DNA from: an uncultured Armatimonadia bacterium
Lineage (GTDB): Bacteria; Armatimonadota; Zipacnadia; CAVVLO01
Assembly: GCA_963749155.1 (NCBI GenBank)
Contig: CAVVLO010000003.1
Coordinates: 288,001 to 352,000 of the forward strand
Reading direction: 5' to 3'
Length of the DNA: 64,000 nucleotides
The notes beneath the pieces were generated by a model. The model saw only the letters and a list, made by a program, of their open reading frames with translations. It did not search any database and was not told where the DNA came from. Below, piece after piece: positions 39,568-50,276 of this stretch. The translations under genes were made by a program, and so were the position numbers. Numbering within the stretch: the first letter of the stretch is position 1; every line of letters begins with the position of its first letter.

Positions 39568-42500
39568 GACTTTCAGAGCTTATCGCGTAACCATACAGGA
39601 GCCGGTTGCCCTCCCAGATCGGGGCAGCAGGTTGGAGCCTGCCCTTCCCCACTGGGAACTCGACACGAGCGCTCTCAGCCCGCAGGAGGGCAAGCTCAAG
39701 ATCCTCTGCAACAAACACCGGCCGCCGCATACTGCCCTTCACCTCGGCGAAACGCAGATTCTGCATCTCGGCAACCTGCAGGGTTACAGCCTTGCCAGTT
39801 GGAAGCGCCGGCTTCATCTACAACTTCCACATACGGCTTGCCCTGGAATCGCATTACGCGGAAGAGGGGCTCCAGTTCGTTTGGCTGCAAGCCCAATCCG
39901 GCAGCGAGATCCGCCAGGACGACCTCTTCCGGCCTTGCCTGAAGCAGGAGCTGTGGGCCTTCGACATACTGCTTCAGACCCGCGTTCGCACTGGTGGATA
40001 TACCGGAGATGGCCTGTGGCGCGGGCCACGCGCAGAGCACGGTCGAAGGCCGCCTGGGCCGTCTCGAACTTGCCCGCAAGGCCCCACACCTGCCCAAGGC
40101 GATGGTGGTCGTAGGCCAGCCGGTAGTTGTAACGCCCCTCGGAACGTTTCTCTAGCGACTCCATAAAATAGCGCTCTGCCAGCCCCAACAATTTCTTTTC
40201 TGGTTCTGCGAGTTCAAGATACAGGATACCAAGATGGTGTGCAGCAGACTGCTGCTGCCAATAGTTGGAGCAGTCTTCGCGCACCTCTTGCAGCACTTTG
40301 CGCGCTTCGTCATAACGTCGGGCACGGCGCAGCAAGATGCCCTGATGGTAGAGCGCCCACCAGCACTCTGACGCCGATCTGTCGCTGGCCAAAGGCAGGT
40401 TCTCACGGAGCTCTTGAATACGTTCCAATCCCTCTTCCACCCGGTCGAGATGCTCCAGCACCATTGCCCCTTTAATCATTCCGGCGCAATATTCCTTTGG
40501 CGTGTCATCACGAGCCAGGTCGCGCAGCTTGTCGAAGACGGCAAGCGCCTCCTCGAACTTGCACTCGTTATCGAGGGTCTCGCCCCAGAAGTGTAACAAC
40601 GAAAAGCTTTCGCAACTGGAAAACGCTGTATATAGAGCCTCAGGCCAGCTGTCAGAGAGACCGAAATGCTCTACCAGGGCGCCTCCAAGTCTTATCCTGA
40701 AGCCAGGGCCATCCAGCTCTGTCCAGACTGCCATCAGCGCGTCAGCAACCTCTCGCGTGAACAAGCCAGCCTGGGCCAGTCCACGCAGATCGAAAATCAA
40801 ATTGGAAAACTGCTCTACATCACCTGTTGTTTCAGAATCACCGATCCCGGCACAGCGTTCTCTCAGGTAACGCTGATCTGTCATCAGGCTCAGCAGTCTC
40901 CTGGTATCACCCAGGGCAAGCAGATAGGCAGGCAAGTGGGCGGGAGCGGGTGCCTGCCCTGTGTGCCAGGCCTCCTCTTCCACGTTCGCAAGCCTCAACA
41001 GGCCAGCTTCGATATCCACCCAGAAGCGCCCAGCAGCCTGTTCATCTGTCAACCATTCGGCGAACGAACGATGGAAAGGCTGGAATCCTGCCGCAGTCTC
41101 GAGAAGCAGGGCACCGACGGCTCGCCTGAAGGCAGTAACGTTTTACGAGGCCAACCAAGTAGTTGGCCAACTGGACACTGTCCAAAGGTTCTGAACGGCG
41201 GCAAGAATGAGTTCCAGGGCAGGTTGCCTATAGCTTCATACTGGGCCTGGTCGGGGAATTGTCTTTCGACATACGCAAGCAAAGCGATATCCATTCCGCG
41301 AGGAGTGTTCTGTACGAACTCGACCAGTTCCTCAGAAGTTGTGTCTTCTGGTAGTTTCAGGACATTACTCGCCCAGAGGAAGCTGCCTTCGGCTGCTTCG
41401 GCAAGCTCAGAGAGGACAACTCCCTCGTCTTTACCGAGGCGCACCTCGAAATAACGCTTCAGATCCGCCTGGGTATTCTTATCAGGCAGCAGCTCTATTG
41501 GCTCAACACACCCGGCAAGCCATTGTTTTACCTCGACATGGGGTCTGCTGCTGACTACGAAACGCAGCCAGGAGGGGAGCGAGTCCTGTTTCCTTGCCAG
41601 TAGAGAGGCCAGCTCGTTATTGCCCTGCCGGCTGGCTTCATCCAGCGCGTCAATCACTATTACACGCGACTCGTTAGTGTAGGTCGCCGGTTCGACACAC
41701 GCTCCCCCGACTTTACCACCCTTCCAGGAGGGTAGACTTGGGGCGAAGGGTTGTACCAGCAACTGGTCAAATAGTGTTTCGGTATTACATTCATTTACAA
41801 GACTGGCTAGTTGCAAGCCTGCCAGATGGGCGCTGTAAAGAGGTTCCTGAGAAGCCAACTGGTATGCAAGAGACATAACACAGCGGTTGGGCTTGGACTT
41901 CAGGTCATCTCCCCATCTGCAAAAATGTATAGCTTTTACAGCTTCGCAAGTGCTTGCAATCCAGGCAAGGAAGGCGCTCTTGCCAGTGCCTGGCCCACCC
42001 GAAAGCCAGAAGATGCGCTCCTTGCTCTCCGCAAGCCATTCGTCCACTTTCTCTTCGAGCCAGGGACGCGCTACATAATTCTCAAGATGAGGAGCGAGAT
42101 CTGCTTGATAGGGCAGTGGCTGGAGCACCTTGCGCAGGTTGCTGGTCTGGCTGGTCACAGCCGTCTGGGCAGAGCCTGGAGAGGCAGGTTCTTTCAAATG
42201 CAGGGCATCGCGCAATTGCTGCAAGGCTCGAGTGTATTCTTCCTGGCTTTCATCAGGCGGGAAACACTGCGACATATCAAGCCACTGGATATCACAAACG
42301 AGCAGAGGGGGCGTCACATCGCTGACGACTTTCACTGGTAGAATATGCACTTTCATATTGGATGCATATACAAGCTCTTTCAAACAGAAACTTGGCGGTT
42401 TTTTACAGACAGAATGGGGAGTCATCAGATAAACGACTCGTCCACCTTCTGAATCCTGGGCGACAATATCCAGCTCTGATTCCAACTGGATAGGCCATTC

Positions 42501-42648
42501 GAAGCCTACACGAAGCTGCTTGTCGTAAAAGACACGGTGCCCATCAGCACTCAGATCCTCGGCAAGTCGCTCTGTGAGTTTTGCATACTCGTCATGCCCA
42601 TAACTGATGAAGATGGTGAGGTGAGAGGCTGGCTGGTTTGCTTCCATG
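39557..42648 (-). CDS. TIR - NACHT/STAND ATPase - TPR - Nudix-like fusion protein (several frame breaks)
   Basis: TIR IFISYGHD..FCLKEL; Walker A GGPGTGKS; Walker B VIVIDALDE; FHRSFAEWL in frame with the 39814-41052 piece; TPR-like helices; tail YVEVVDEA..PTGKAVTLQVA. Confidence 0.75.
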
Positions 42649-42801
42649 AGTTCTCCCCCGAACCGATGTAGAAGCTGGTGGAGGGATTCGACAGTAAGAG
42701 GTGTGGCCCTGCTTTTCAAGGACGCTTCTCACAGGGGGAAACTCTTCTCATAAGTCGAAATCCAGAGCGCATCGTGAAGCAAGTCTCTGGGAGGAAGCCC
42801 T

Positions 42802-45765
42802 ATGCCACTGCCGGAAAAGTTCGTTACGGAATTCGCTGGGCCTAACGCCGAGTATCGCCCCCAGCTTATGTGGTTCTGGGATGCGCCGCTTGAAGAAGAA
42901 GAGTTGCGCAGGCAGGTCAGAGGCTTTCACGAGCAAGGAATTGTCACTTTCTTTGTGCATCCGATGTTTGGCTTTCCGGTGGATTATCTGGGCGCGGAGA
43001 TGCTTCAGGCGCTGGGCTGGGCGATTGATGAGGCCAAAAAGTACGATATGCGCTTCTGGATTTACGATGAATACAACTGGCCGAGCGGCGTGGCGGGTTG
43101 CTATGTCATCAAGGACCAGCTCGAGCGCAGGCAGCTTATCCTGGTGAAGTCGGAATGGAAGGCTGGCGAGGAGGCGCCCCAGCTCGAGGGACGGCTTGTC
43201 GGGCGCTATGAGAAGGAAGGCCAGATGACTGATTTCTGGGAGGTGCCTCAGGGGGGCGTCTGCCCCTTTGCGCAGTGGTCGCCCTTCTGCTGGGATCAGG
43301 AAGGCTATGCCGATATCTGCGATGCCGAGACGACCAAGGCCTTTCTTGATTACACCTTCGACAGGTATCAGGGCGCCTTTGGAGAGGACTTTGGCAAGAC
43401 TCTGGGGGGCGTGTTTACCGATGAGGCCTCCTACTGCATCGCTGGCCCTTACGGGCAGTCGTATTCACCCATCGCGTGGAGCCACGGCTTCGGGGAAGAA
43501 TTCCTGCGCCGGTATGGCTATGACATCACCACTCAGCTTGTCTCGCTTTTCGAGCAGGTCGGAGAGTGGCGCAAGGTCAGGCTGGACTACTGGCGCCTGC
43601 TGACCGACCTGCTTTCAATCAACTACTACAAGCAGTATGCGGAGCGCTGTGATGAGCTGGGCATCCAGCTCACCGGGCATGTCTCGGGCGAGGAGCACTT
43701 CCGCTGGCAACTGCTGATGTACGGCGACCCGTGGCTAACCCTCAAGTGGATGCATCAGCCGGGTATAGACAGCATATTTCCCCGGATGAACCACGATGCC
43801 GACTATTTTATGACCGCGGCCAAGATGGGCTCGGCGGTGCTGAGATACTCAGGACGCGAGCGACTGCTCTGTGAAACCTACACCGGCAGTGGTTGGGAAC
43901 TAACTCCAGCCGATATGAAGCTGATTTGCGACAAGCTGGTGCTTGGCGGGGTCAACCTCATCCAGTATATGGGCGCGTACTACTCGGTTGCGGGGATGCG
44001 CAAAGTGCTGCTGACAGGCTATCCGCCCTCGCATAGTTTCCAGCAGGCCTGGTGGCCTTACTATCACCTGTTTGGTGATTATGTGGGACGTCTTTGCCAC
44101 ACGCTGGTGGCCACGAAGCCCACCGCCAAAATCGGCCTGGTCTACCCCACCTCGACCGCATATGTAGAATGGCAGGGCACCGCAGCCGATTTGTGGGGTG
44201 GAGCGGTCAGTCCCGAGCGCCTGGAGCGCTTCCAGCTTGTCTTCCACGCGCTTACGAACGTGCTGCTGGAGCTTGGCTTCGATTACGAGTATCTCTTCGA
44301 GGAAGTCTTCGCCCAGGGCCAGGTGGCCGAAGGCGTTTTGAAAGTCGCAAATGCCCAGTTCGACACCTTGATTGTGCCGGCTGCGACCGCTTTGCCCGCC
44401 GAGGTAGCCAGGCGCCTTGCCGAGTTTGCAGCAACCGGAGGCCAGGTGGTGTTCGTCAACTATCTGCCCGAGTGGGCTGATGGCGACAGCGAGGCGCTGG
44501 CGCTGGTAGAGGCCCTGACCGGCCAGCCCGGCGAGGCCGCCAACACCGAAGTGGACGCTCGCATCAACGCGGGCGCGGGCACCGAAATAAAAGAGAACGG
44601 CAAGTGTACCTGGCTTGTCTCGAGTGATATTGCCGTCGAAAACAGGCAACCCTTTGCCGAAGCGCTGAAGAGTATCCTCCCCGCTGGCAGCCTGGCCTTG
44701 CCAGCGTTGCCCGAGGGCGTGAGGGCTACCCGCAGGACCTTTGAGGGCGCGCCAGTGGTAATGGTCTACAACCTGGGCGATGAGGCGCGCGCGGTCGGGC
44801 TGACAGCAGACCTCAACGCGGCGCTTGACCCGGAAACTGGGGATTGCTTTGCCGTGTCCGGCAATATCGAGCTGGCTGCGAGGCAGTCGCTTGTGCTCAC
44901 TCATCTTGGCGCTGCTCCAGAGCTTGAGGCCTGCGCGCCCAGCAAGTCGCTCGAGCTTGGCCAGGCGAAATTCGAGACCACTCAGCCCAACCTGTTTGCA
45001 GCTTCCTGGCGCTTCCGTAAAGAGGGCGAGGACTGGGTCGCGCTGGATGGGCACAAGACGCCTAATGAGCAACTGCTGGAGGGCGGCGAGGCTTACGAGT
45101 GCGCCTGGGAGTTCATCCTGGGCGATTTCGATGGGTCACTTGAGCTTGTAGTCGAAGAGCTGGGAGAGCCCTTCGAGCTGATTCTGAATGGCCAGCCTGT
45201 CACTGGGCCCCAGCGCTGTCATATCTGGGACTGGCTGAATCTCACGACCGACGTGACAGGGCTTGTAAAGCCCGGCGTGAACGAAGTGCGCTTTAGCAGT
45301 CGCGCGCCCGCGTGGAAGTGCATCCACCAACCCCCGCTGCTTGCGCTCAGGGGGCGCTTTGCGGTCGTTGATGGGGCGATTGCCAGCGAAACCGGGACCA
45401 TCGAACCTGGCTCCTGGGCAGAGCAGGGCTATCCCCATTATGTCGGAACAGGCGCCTATACCTGGACTTTCGAGGCGCCCGAGGAGGCTGGGCGAGTCTT
45501 CCTCGAGACTGCCGAGGCTGCTGTGGTGGCCTCGGTAACCTTGAATGGCCAGCGCCTGGCGACCAGGCTGTGGGCGCCTTACCGCTTCGAACTGACCCAG
45601 GCGTTGCAGCCAGGCCAAAACACTCTGACCCTGGAAATCACCAGCACCTCGGTCAACCTGCTTGGCTGGAACGACCCGTGGAAGTTAATCCACTGGCAGT
45701 TTCCCAGTGGGCGCACCGAAGGCCAGCCGGCCGGTTTGCTTGCGCCGGTTCGGTTGCGATGGTGA
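42802..45765 (+). CDS. GH106 alpha-L-rhamnosidase-like glycoside hydrolase
   Basis: EYRPQLMWFW, WIYDEYNWPSG, VFTDE, QLTGH, PGID, LCETY; C-terminal beta-sandwich LWAPYRFEL. Confidence 0.82.
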   Translation: MPLPEKFVTEFAGPNAEYRPQLMWFWDAPLEEEELRRQVRGFHEQGIVTFFVHPMFGFPVDYLGAEMLQALGWAIDEAKKYDMRFWIYDEYNWPSGVAGCYVIKDQLERRQLILVKSEWKAGEEAPQLEGRLVGRYEKEGQMTDFWEVPQGGVCPFAQWSPFCWDQEGYADICDAETTKAFLDYTFDRYQGAFGEDFGKTLGGVFTDEASYCIAGPYGQSYSPIAWSHGFGEEFLRRYGYDITTQLVSLFEQVGEWRKVRLDYWRLLTDLLSINYYKQYAERCDELGIQLTGHVSGEEHFRWQLLMYGDPWLTLKWMHQPGIDSIFPRMNHDADYFMTAAKMGSAVLRYSGRERLLCETYTGSGWELTPADMKLICDKLVLGGVNLIQYMGAYYSVAGMRKVLLTGYPPSHSFQQAWWPYYHLFGDYVGRLCHTLVATKPTAKIGLVYPTSTAYVEWQGTAADLWGGAVSPERLERFQLVFHALTNVLLELGFDYEYLFEEVFAQGQVAEGVLKVANAQFDTLIVPAATALPAEVARRLAEFAATGGQVVFVNYLPEWADGDSEALALVEALTGQPGEAANTEVDARINAGAGTEIKENGKCTWLVSSDIAVENRQPFAEALKSILPAGSLALPALPEGVRATRRTFEGAPVVMVYNLGDEARAVGLTADLNAALDPETGDCFAVSGNIELAARQSLVLTHLGAAPELEACAPSKSLELGQAKFETTQPNLFAASWRFRKEGEDWVALDGHKTPNEQLLEGGEAYECAWEFILGDFDGSLELVVEELGEPFELILNGQPVTGPQRCHIWDWLNLTTDVTGLVKPGVNEVRFSSRAPAWKCIHQPPLLALRGRFAVVDGAIASETGTIEPGSWAEQGYPHYVGTGAYTWTFEAPEEAGRVFLETAEAAVVASVTLNGQRLATRLWAPYRFELTQALQPGQNTLTLEITSTSVNLLGWNDPWKLIHWQFPSGRTEGQPAGLLAPVRLRW

Positions 45766-45876
45766 GCAACGACGAAGGGTGCAGGGCTTTCCTCTTGTGG
45801 CTTACGTTAGCGCCGCCCCTGCGAATTGCCTCGCGGCACGGTATACTGGGAGGGATGCTATTGCGGGAGGCTACCT

Positions 45877-48800
45877 ATGCCAGCTACGGATGCCGTACTT
45901 GCTTATCTGAAGGACATCAAAACCAGTTTCAAAGGCGATATCGCCACCGAGCACACCTATCGCCCGGCGCTCAAGAAGCTGCTGGACACTCTCAGTCCGC
46001 AACTTGTCGCGGTCAACGAGCCCCAGCATGGCCTGGCGGGCGCGCCTGACCTCGTTGTAACCTCCAAGCGCGGCAATCTGCCTGTGGGTTATGTGGAAAC
46101 CAAGAAGCCAGGCGAGAATCTCTCCGAAATCGAGAAATCCGAGCAGCTCAAGCGCTATCGCAAGCATCTGGAGAACCTCATCCTCACCGATTATCTGGAG
46201 TTCCGCTGGTATGTAGACGGCGAACTGCGCGGCTCTGCGAGGCTTGGGCTGGTCAGCGGGGGTAAATTGCTGGAGGAGAAGTCCGGTGCCGAGGGCGTCC
46301 TCAATCTGCTGGCGGGGTTTATCGAGCACGAGGGCATCAAAGTCGGCTCTCCCAAGGAGCTCGCCGAGCGGATGGCTCGCCTGGCGCATTTTATCCGCGA
46401 CAGGGCCATCACAATCTTCAGCACAGAAGGCGATAAAGGCCCTCTCCACGGCCAGTTCGAGGCCTTCAGGAAGGAGCTGCTGCACGACCTGACGCCCGAC
46501 CGGTTCGCCGATATGTATGCCCAGACGCTGGCCTACGGGCTTTTCTCGGCGCGCGCGACCAGTCCCAGCGCCGAGTTCACCCGCAACACCGCCTGGGAGC
46601 ATCTGCCCAAGACCAACCCCTTCCTCAGAGAGTTCTTCTATCAGGTGTCAGGCCCTAGCCTGGATGCCCGCCTGGCGCCTTATGTAGATGATCTGGTCGG
46701 GCTGCTTGGCCGCGCCAATATGCACGCCATCCTGACCGATTTCGGCAAGCGCACCCGGCAAGAAGTATCCGGTCGTGCATTTCTACGAGACCTTCCTCTC
46801 CGCCTATGACCCGGCGATGCGCGAGAGTCGCGGCGTCTACTATACGCCCGAGCCAGTCGTCAGCTATATCGTGCGCAGTGTGGACTGGCTATTGCGCACG
46901 CGCTTCGACAAGCCGAAGGGGCTGGCGGATGAGAGCGTCTACGTCCTCGACCCCGCCGACCGGCGCCGGCCACCTTCCTCTATTTCGTCATCAGGCAGAT
47001 CTACGATTATCTGCAAGAGACAGGCCAACTGGGCAGTTGGAACAGTTATGTGGCCGACCACCTGCTGCCCCGGTTGTTCGGCTTCGAGCTGCTGATGGCC
47101 CCTTACGCGGTGGCGCATCTCAAGCTGGGCTTGCAATTGCAGGAGCTGGGCTACAAGTTCACGGGCGATGAGCGGCTGGGCGTCTATCTGACCAACACGC
47201 TGGAGGAGGCCCAGGAGCTACCCCAGGACCTTTGGCAGCAGTGGATAACCCAGGAGGTCGCCGCCGCAAACGAGGTAAAGACGACCAAGCCGATTATGGT
47301 TATCCTAGGCAATCCACCTTATTCGGTGACGTCCTACAATACAGGAGACTGGATCACCGACTTGGTGAAAGGTGCATACTACAAGTTAGATGGGCACCCA
47401 CTGGATACAGCCAATCCCAAGGTCTTACTCGACGACTATGTGAAATTCATACGGTATGGAGAACACAGACTCGGTAAGACAGGCCACGGGGTGCTGGCGA
47501 TGATCACCAACCATGCATGGATAGACAGCACAACGTTTGCTGGGATGAGACAGCACCTGATTGACCATTTCTCTGAGATCTTTGTGCTAAACCTGCAAGG
47601 CAACAGCAAACGTGGTGGCCAACTCAAAGGTGCGGAGATTGACGAGAATGTGTTGGACATCCAACAGGGAGTGGCCATCAGCCTCTTCGTAAAGCAGCCC
47701 GGTGCGCCTTGCCCTGCCAAGGTCTACTACGCCAATATCTGGGGGCCACGTGAAGAGAAATATGAAGCACTATTTGCCAATATGGTGCAGACAACTGACT
47801 GGGTACCGATACAGTTGAGCCAGACACCGCACTATCTATTCATGCCTGCGGACTATGCCGTTGAGGAAGAATACCTCGGTGTTCCAAGCGTGGGCAAGCT
47901 CTACGGACTCTTCAGTACAGGCGTGAAGACTCACCGTGACAGCTTTGTCTTCGAGTTTAACAAGGCGGAGCTTGAACGAAGAATCGCTAACTTTGTGGCA
48001 CCTGAATTGACCGATGATGAAGCTGCAGAAAGTTTTGGGCTTAGTGACAACCGCGACTGGAAGCTATCAGATAAAAGGAAGCTCCTTCAATGCGACGTCA
48101 ACTGGAGTACCACTCTTCAGCCTGCGCTGTATAGGCCCTTCGATACAAGGTGGCTGCTCTACCATAAAGACGCGATCGACTATGGTCGTCCCGAGGTCAT
48201 GCAGCATCTGCTCGCGGGGCCGAATCTGGCATTGATAGTGCCCAAGCGAGTAGAACCACTAGGTGGCTGGCAGCACCCCTTTGTAACACATGACGTTGTC
48301 GACCATGTGGCAGTCTGCCTCAAGACTATCGACTATGTCTTCCCCCTCTATCTCTACCCGACGGAGACAAAGACAAAACTGATTGACGCAGGGCATGAGT
48401 GGGAGGCGGGCAAGGACGGGCGGCGGCCGAATCTCGATTTCAAGCTGATGCAGGACTGGAGCCAGCGGCTGGGGCGGCCCTTCCGCTCGGAGCCGGCCTT
48501 CGATGCGGACGCCGACCAGCCAGTGGCCGCGCGCGACTGGTTCGGACCGGAGGACGTCTTCGGCTATCTCTACGCTGTGCTGCACAGCCCCACCTACAGG
48601 GAGCGGTATCGGGACTTCCTCAAGCTGGACTTCCCCCGCGTGCCGCTGACGGGCGACTGGGAGTTGTTCTGCCAGCTTACTGCCCTGGGCAACCAACTGG
48701 TGGCGCTGCACCTGCTGGAATCGTCCGAGGTCAAGGACCCGGCGGGTTGGATAACCACCTTCCCCACCGGGGGCGACAACGTGGTGGAGAAAGGCTTCCC

Positions 48801-49050
48801 CAAGTGGCACGAGACTACCGGGCGCGTCCAGATCAACCTGCACCAGGCCTTCGAGGGCGTGCCGAAGGCGGTCTGGGAGTTTATGGTCGGCGGCTATCAG
48901 GTCGCCGAGAAATGGCTGAAGGACAGGCGCGGGCGGGCGCTCTCCCATCAGGATATAGAGCATTATCAACAGGTCATCCTGGCCCTCTCCCGCACGCGAG
49001 AGCTGATGGCGGCCATCGACGCAGCGATACCCGGCTGGCCGCTGGAGTAA
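45877..49050 (+). CDS. Single-chain Type IIG/ISP-like restriction-modification enzyme (frame breaks near 46768 and 46965)
   Basis: PD..ETK..QLKRY nuclease; FYETFL..YD, GVYYTP, VLDPA motif I; GNPPY; YRPFD and DFPRVP specificity domain; GGYQVAEKWLKDR. Confidence 0.88.
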
Positions 49051-49067
49051 AGGCAGGGGGGGGCCGT

Positions 49068-49304
49068 CCTTCTGGCGTGTATCGGGATAAATCAGGTGGC
49101 GTGTATCGGGAGCTTGCTCCCGATACCTGTTCCGGGCCAGTGCCCAAGGTTTCGGGAGCGGAGACTCCCGAAACACGCGGCCGAGGGGGCCTTCCTTCTG
49201 GCGTGTATCGGGATAAATCAGGTGGCGTGTATCGGGAGCTTGCTCCCGATACCTGTTCCGGGCCAGTGCCCAAGGTTTCGGGAGCGGAGTCTCCCGAAAC
49301 ACGC
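49068..49304. repeat. Two near-identical ~125-bp tandem REP-doublet units
   Basis: CCTTCTGGCGTGTATCGGGATAAATCAGGTGGCGTGTATCGGGAGCTTGCTCCCGATACC...GTTTCGGGAGCGGAG(A/T)CTCCCGAAACACGCG twice; first ~60 bp also at 34883. Confidence 0.9.
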
Positions 49305-49358
49305 GACTTGCGGAGCAAGCTGACTCGCCAGCAAGCCTGTAAAGCTGGAAATAATGTA

Positions 49359-50141
49359 CTAGAGAGGCGCGAGCACCAGGTCGGTAACCTCTTGCAGGCG
49401 CTCTCGCCACTCCCGGGGCAGCTTCTCGTCGGTAACAAGGTGATCAAGTCGCGCGAGTTCGCAGACCTGGGCCAGCCCGCGCTCGCCGAATTTGCTGGAA
49501 TCCACTACCAGGATGACTTCGCTCGCAGCCCGCAACATTGCCTGTTTGACCGGCACGGTGAGAGAACTGCGCTCCATCAGGCCTTGCTCGGTTATCGCAT
49601 CAGCGGCCAGGAAAAGCTTGTCAACCGTAAGCGAGTCCAGCAGGCGTTCGGTCTCGGGGCCTATGACACAGCGATGCGGAGTGCTAAGCGTCCCGCCAAG
49701 CAGATGGCTTTGAGGATGATGCCGCGCGCAGAGCTCGAGCCCAATGGGCAGATCGTTGGTTATGAGAGTGATCTCGGGCCGCGTAGCAAGCTGGCGCGCA
49801 ACCTCGAGAGTCGTGCTGCCGGTGTCGAGGAGGATCAACTCGCCTGGCTTTGCAAAATTAGCCGCCAGACGCCCGATTGCGGCTTTCTCTGCGGCGTTGA
49901 CAACGGCTCGGTGAGCATAAGGCAACTCGCTCTGGGGCACTTTGACCGCCCCGCCGTGAGTGCGTATGAGTTGTCCGGCGGCTTCCAGTTCGGCCAGGTC
50001 GGCTCGCAAGGTCACCAGCGAGACTCCGAAGCGCTTGTGCAGCTCACTCAGGCGCAGCGAGGTCTCCTCATCAAGCAATTTTAGTATCTCGGCCTGACGC
50101 CAGGCGCGTTGGGTTCGCATCGCAAGCGGCTCCTTTGGCAT
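49359..50141 (-). CDS. DeoR/GlpR family transcriptional regulator
   Basis: FGVSLVTLRADL..IRTHGGA; EKAAIG; LDTGSTT; ITND; DSSKFG. Confidence 0.93.
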   Translation of the reverse strand: MPKEPLAMRTQRAWRQAEILKLLDEETSLRLSELHKRFGVSLVTLRADLAELEAAGQLIRTHGGAVKVPQSELPYAHRAVVNAAEKAAIGRLAANFAKPGELILLDTGSTTLEVARQLATRPEITLITNDLPIGLELCARHHPQSHLLGGTLSTPHRCVIGPETERLLDSLTVDKLFLAADAITEQGLMERSSLTVPVKQAMLRAASEVILVVDSSKFGERGLAQVCELARLDHLVTDEKLPREWRERLQEVTDLVLAPL

Positions 50142-50186
50142 TACTGCTGCTAAAGGTTAGGACGCGCTGCATCAGATGTCAACTAG

Positions 50187-50259
50187 TCGCAAGTTATTGC
50201 CTTGGAAATATCTTGCGTTTCGCAAGTTTTATTGGCATAATTCTTACTAATCGCAAGTT
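50187..50259. promoter_or_regulatory. Probable DeoR operator array
   Basis: TCGCAAGTT at 50187, 50220 and 50251; central palindrome CTTGCG-TTT-CGCAAG at 50212-50226. Confidence 0.7.
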
Positions 50260-50276
50260 TAGAGGAGGCTGTCCTT

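Noticed and set aside
46760..46975. Phase-variable or programmed frameshift switch in the RM gene
   Set aside because: No simple repeat or slippery site at the breaks, which look like the indels seen throughout the window.
48399..50084. 561-aa plus-strand ORF and other long overlapping or antisense ORFs (e.g. 36502-37767, 25463-26773, 43900-45072)
   Set aside because: Shadow frames of well-supported genes or repeat read-through in high-GC DNA, with no motifs.
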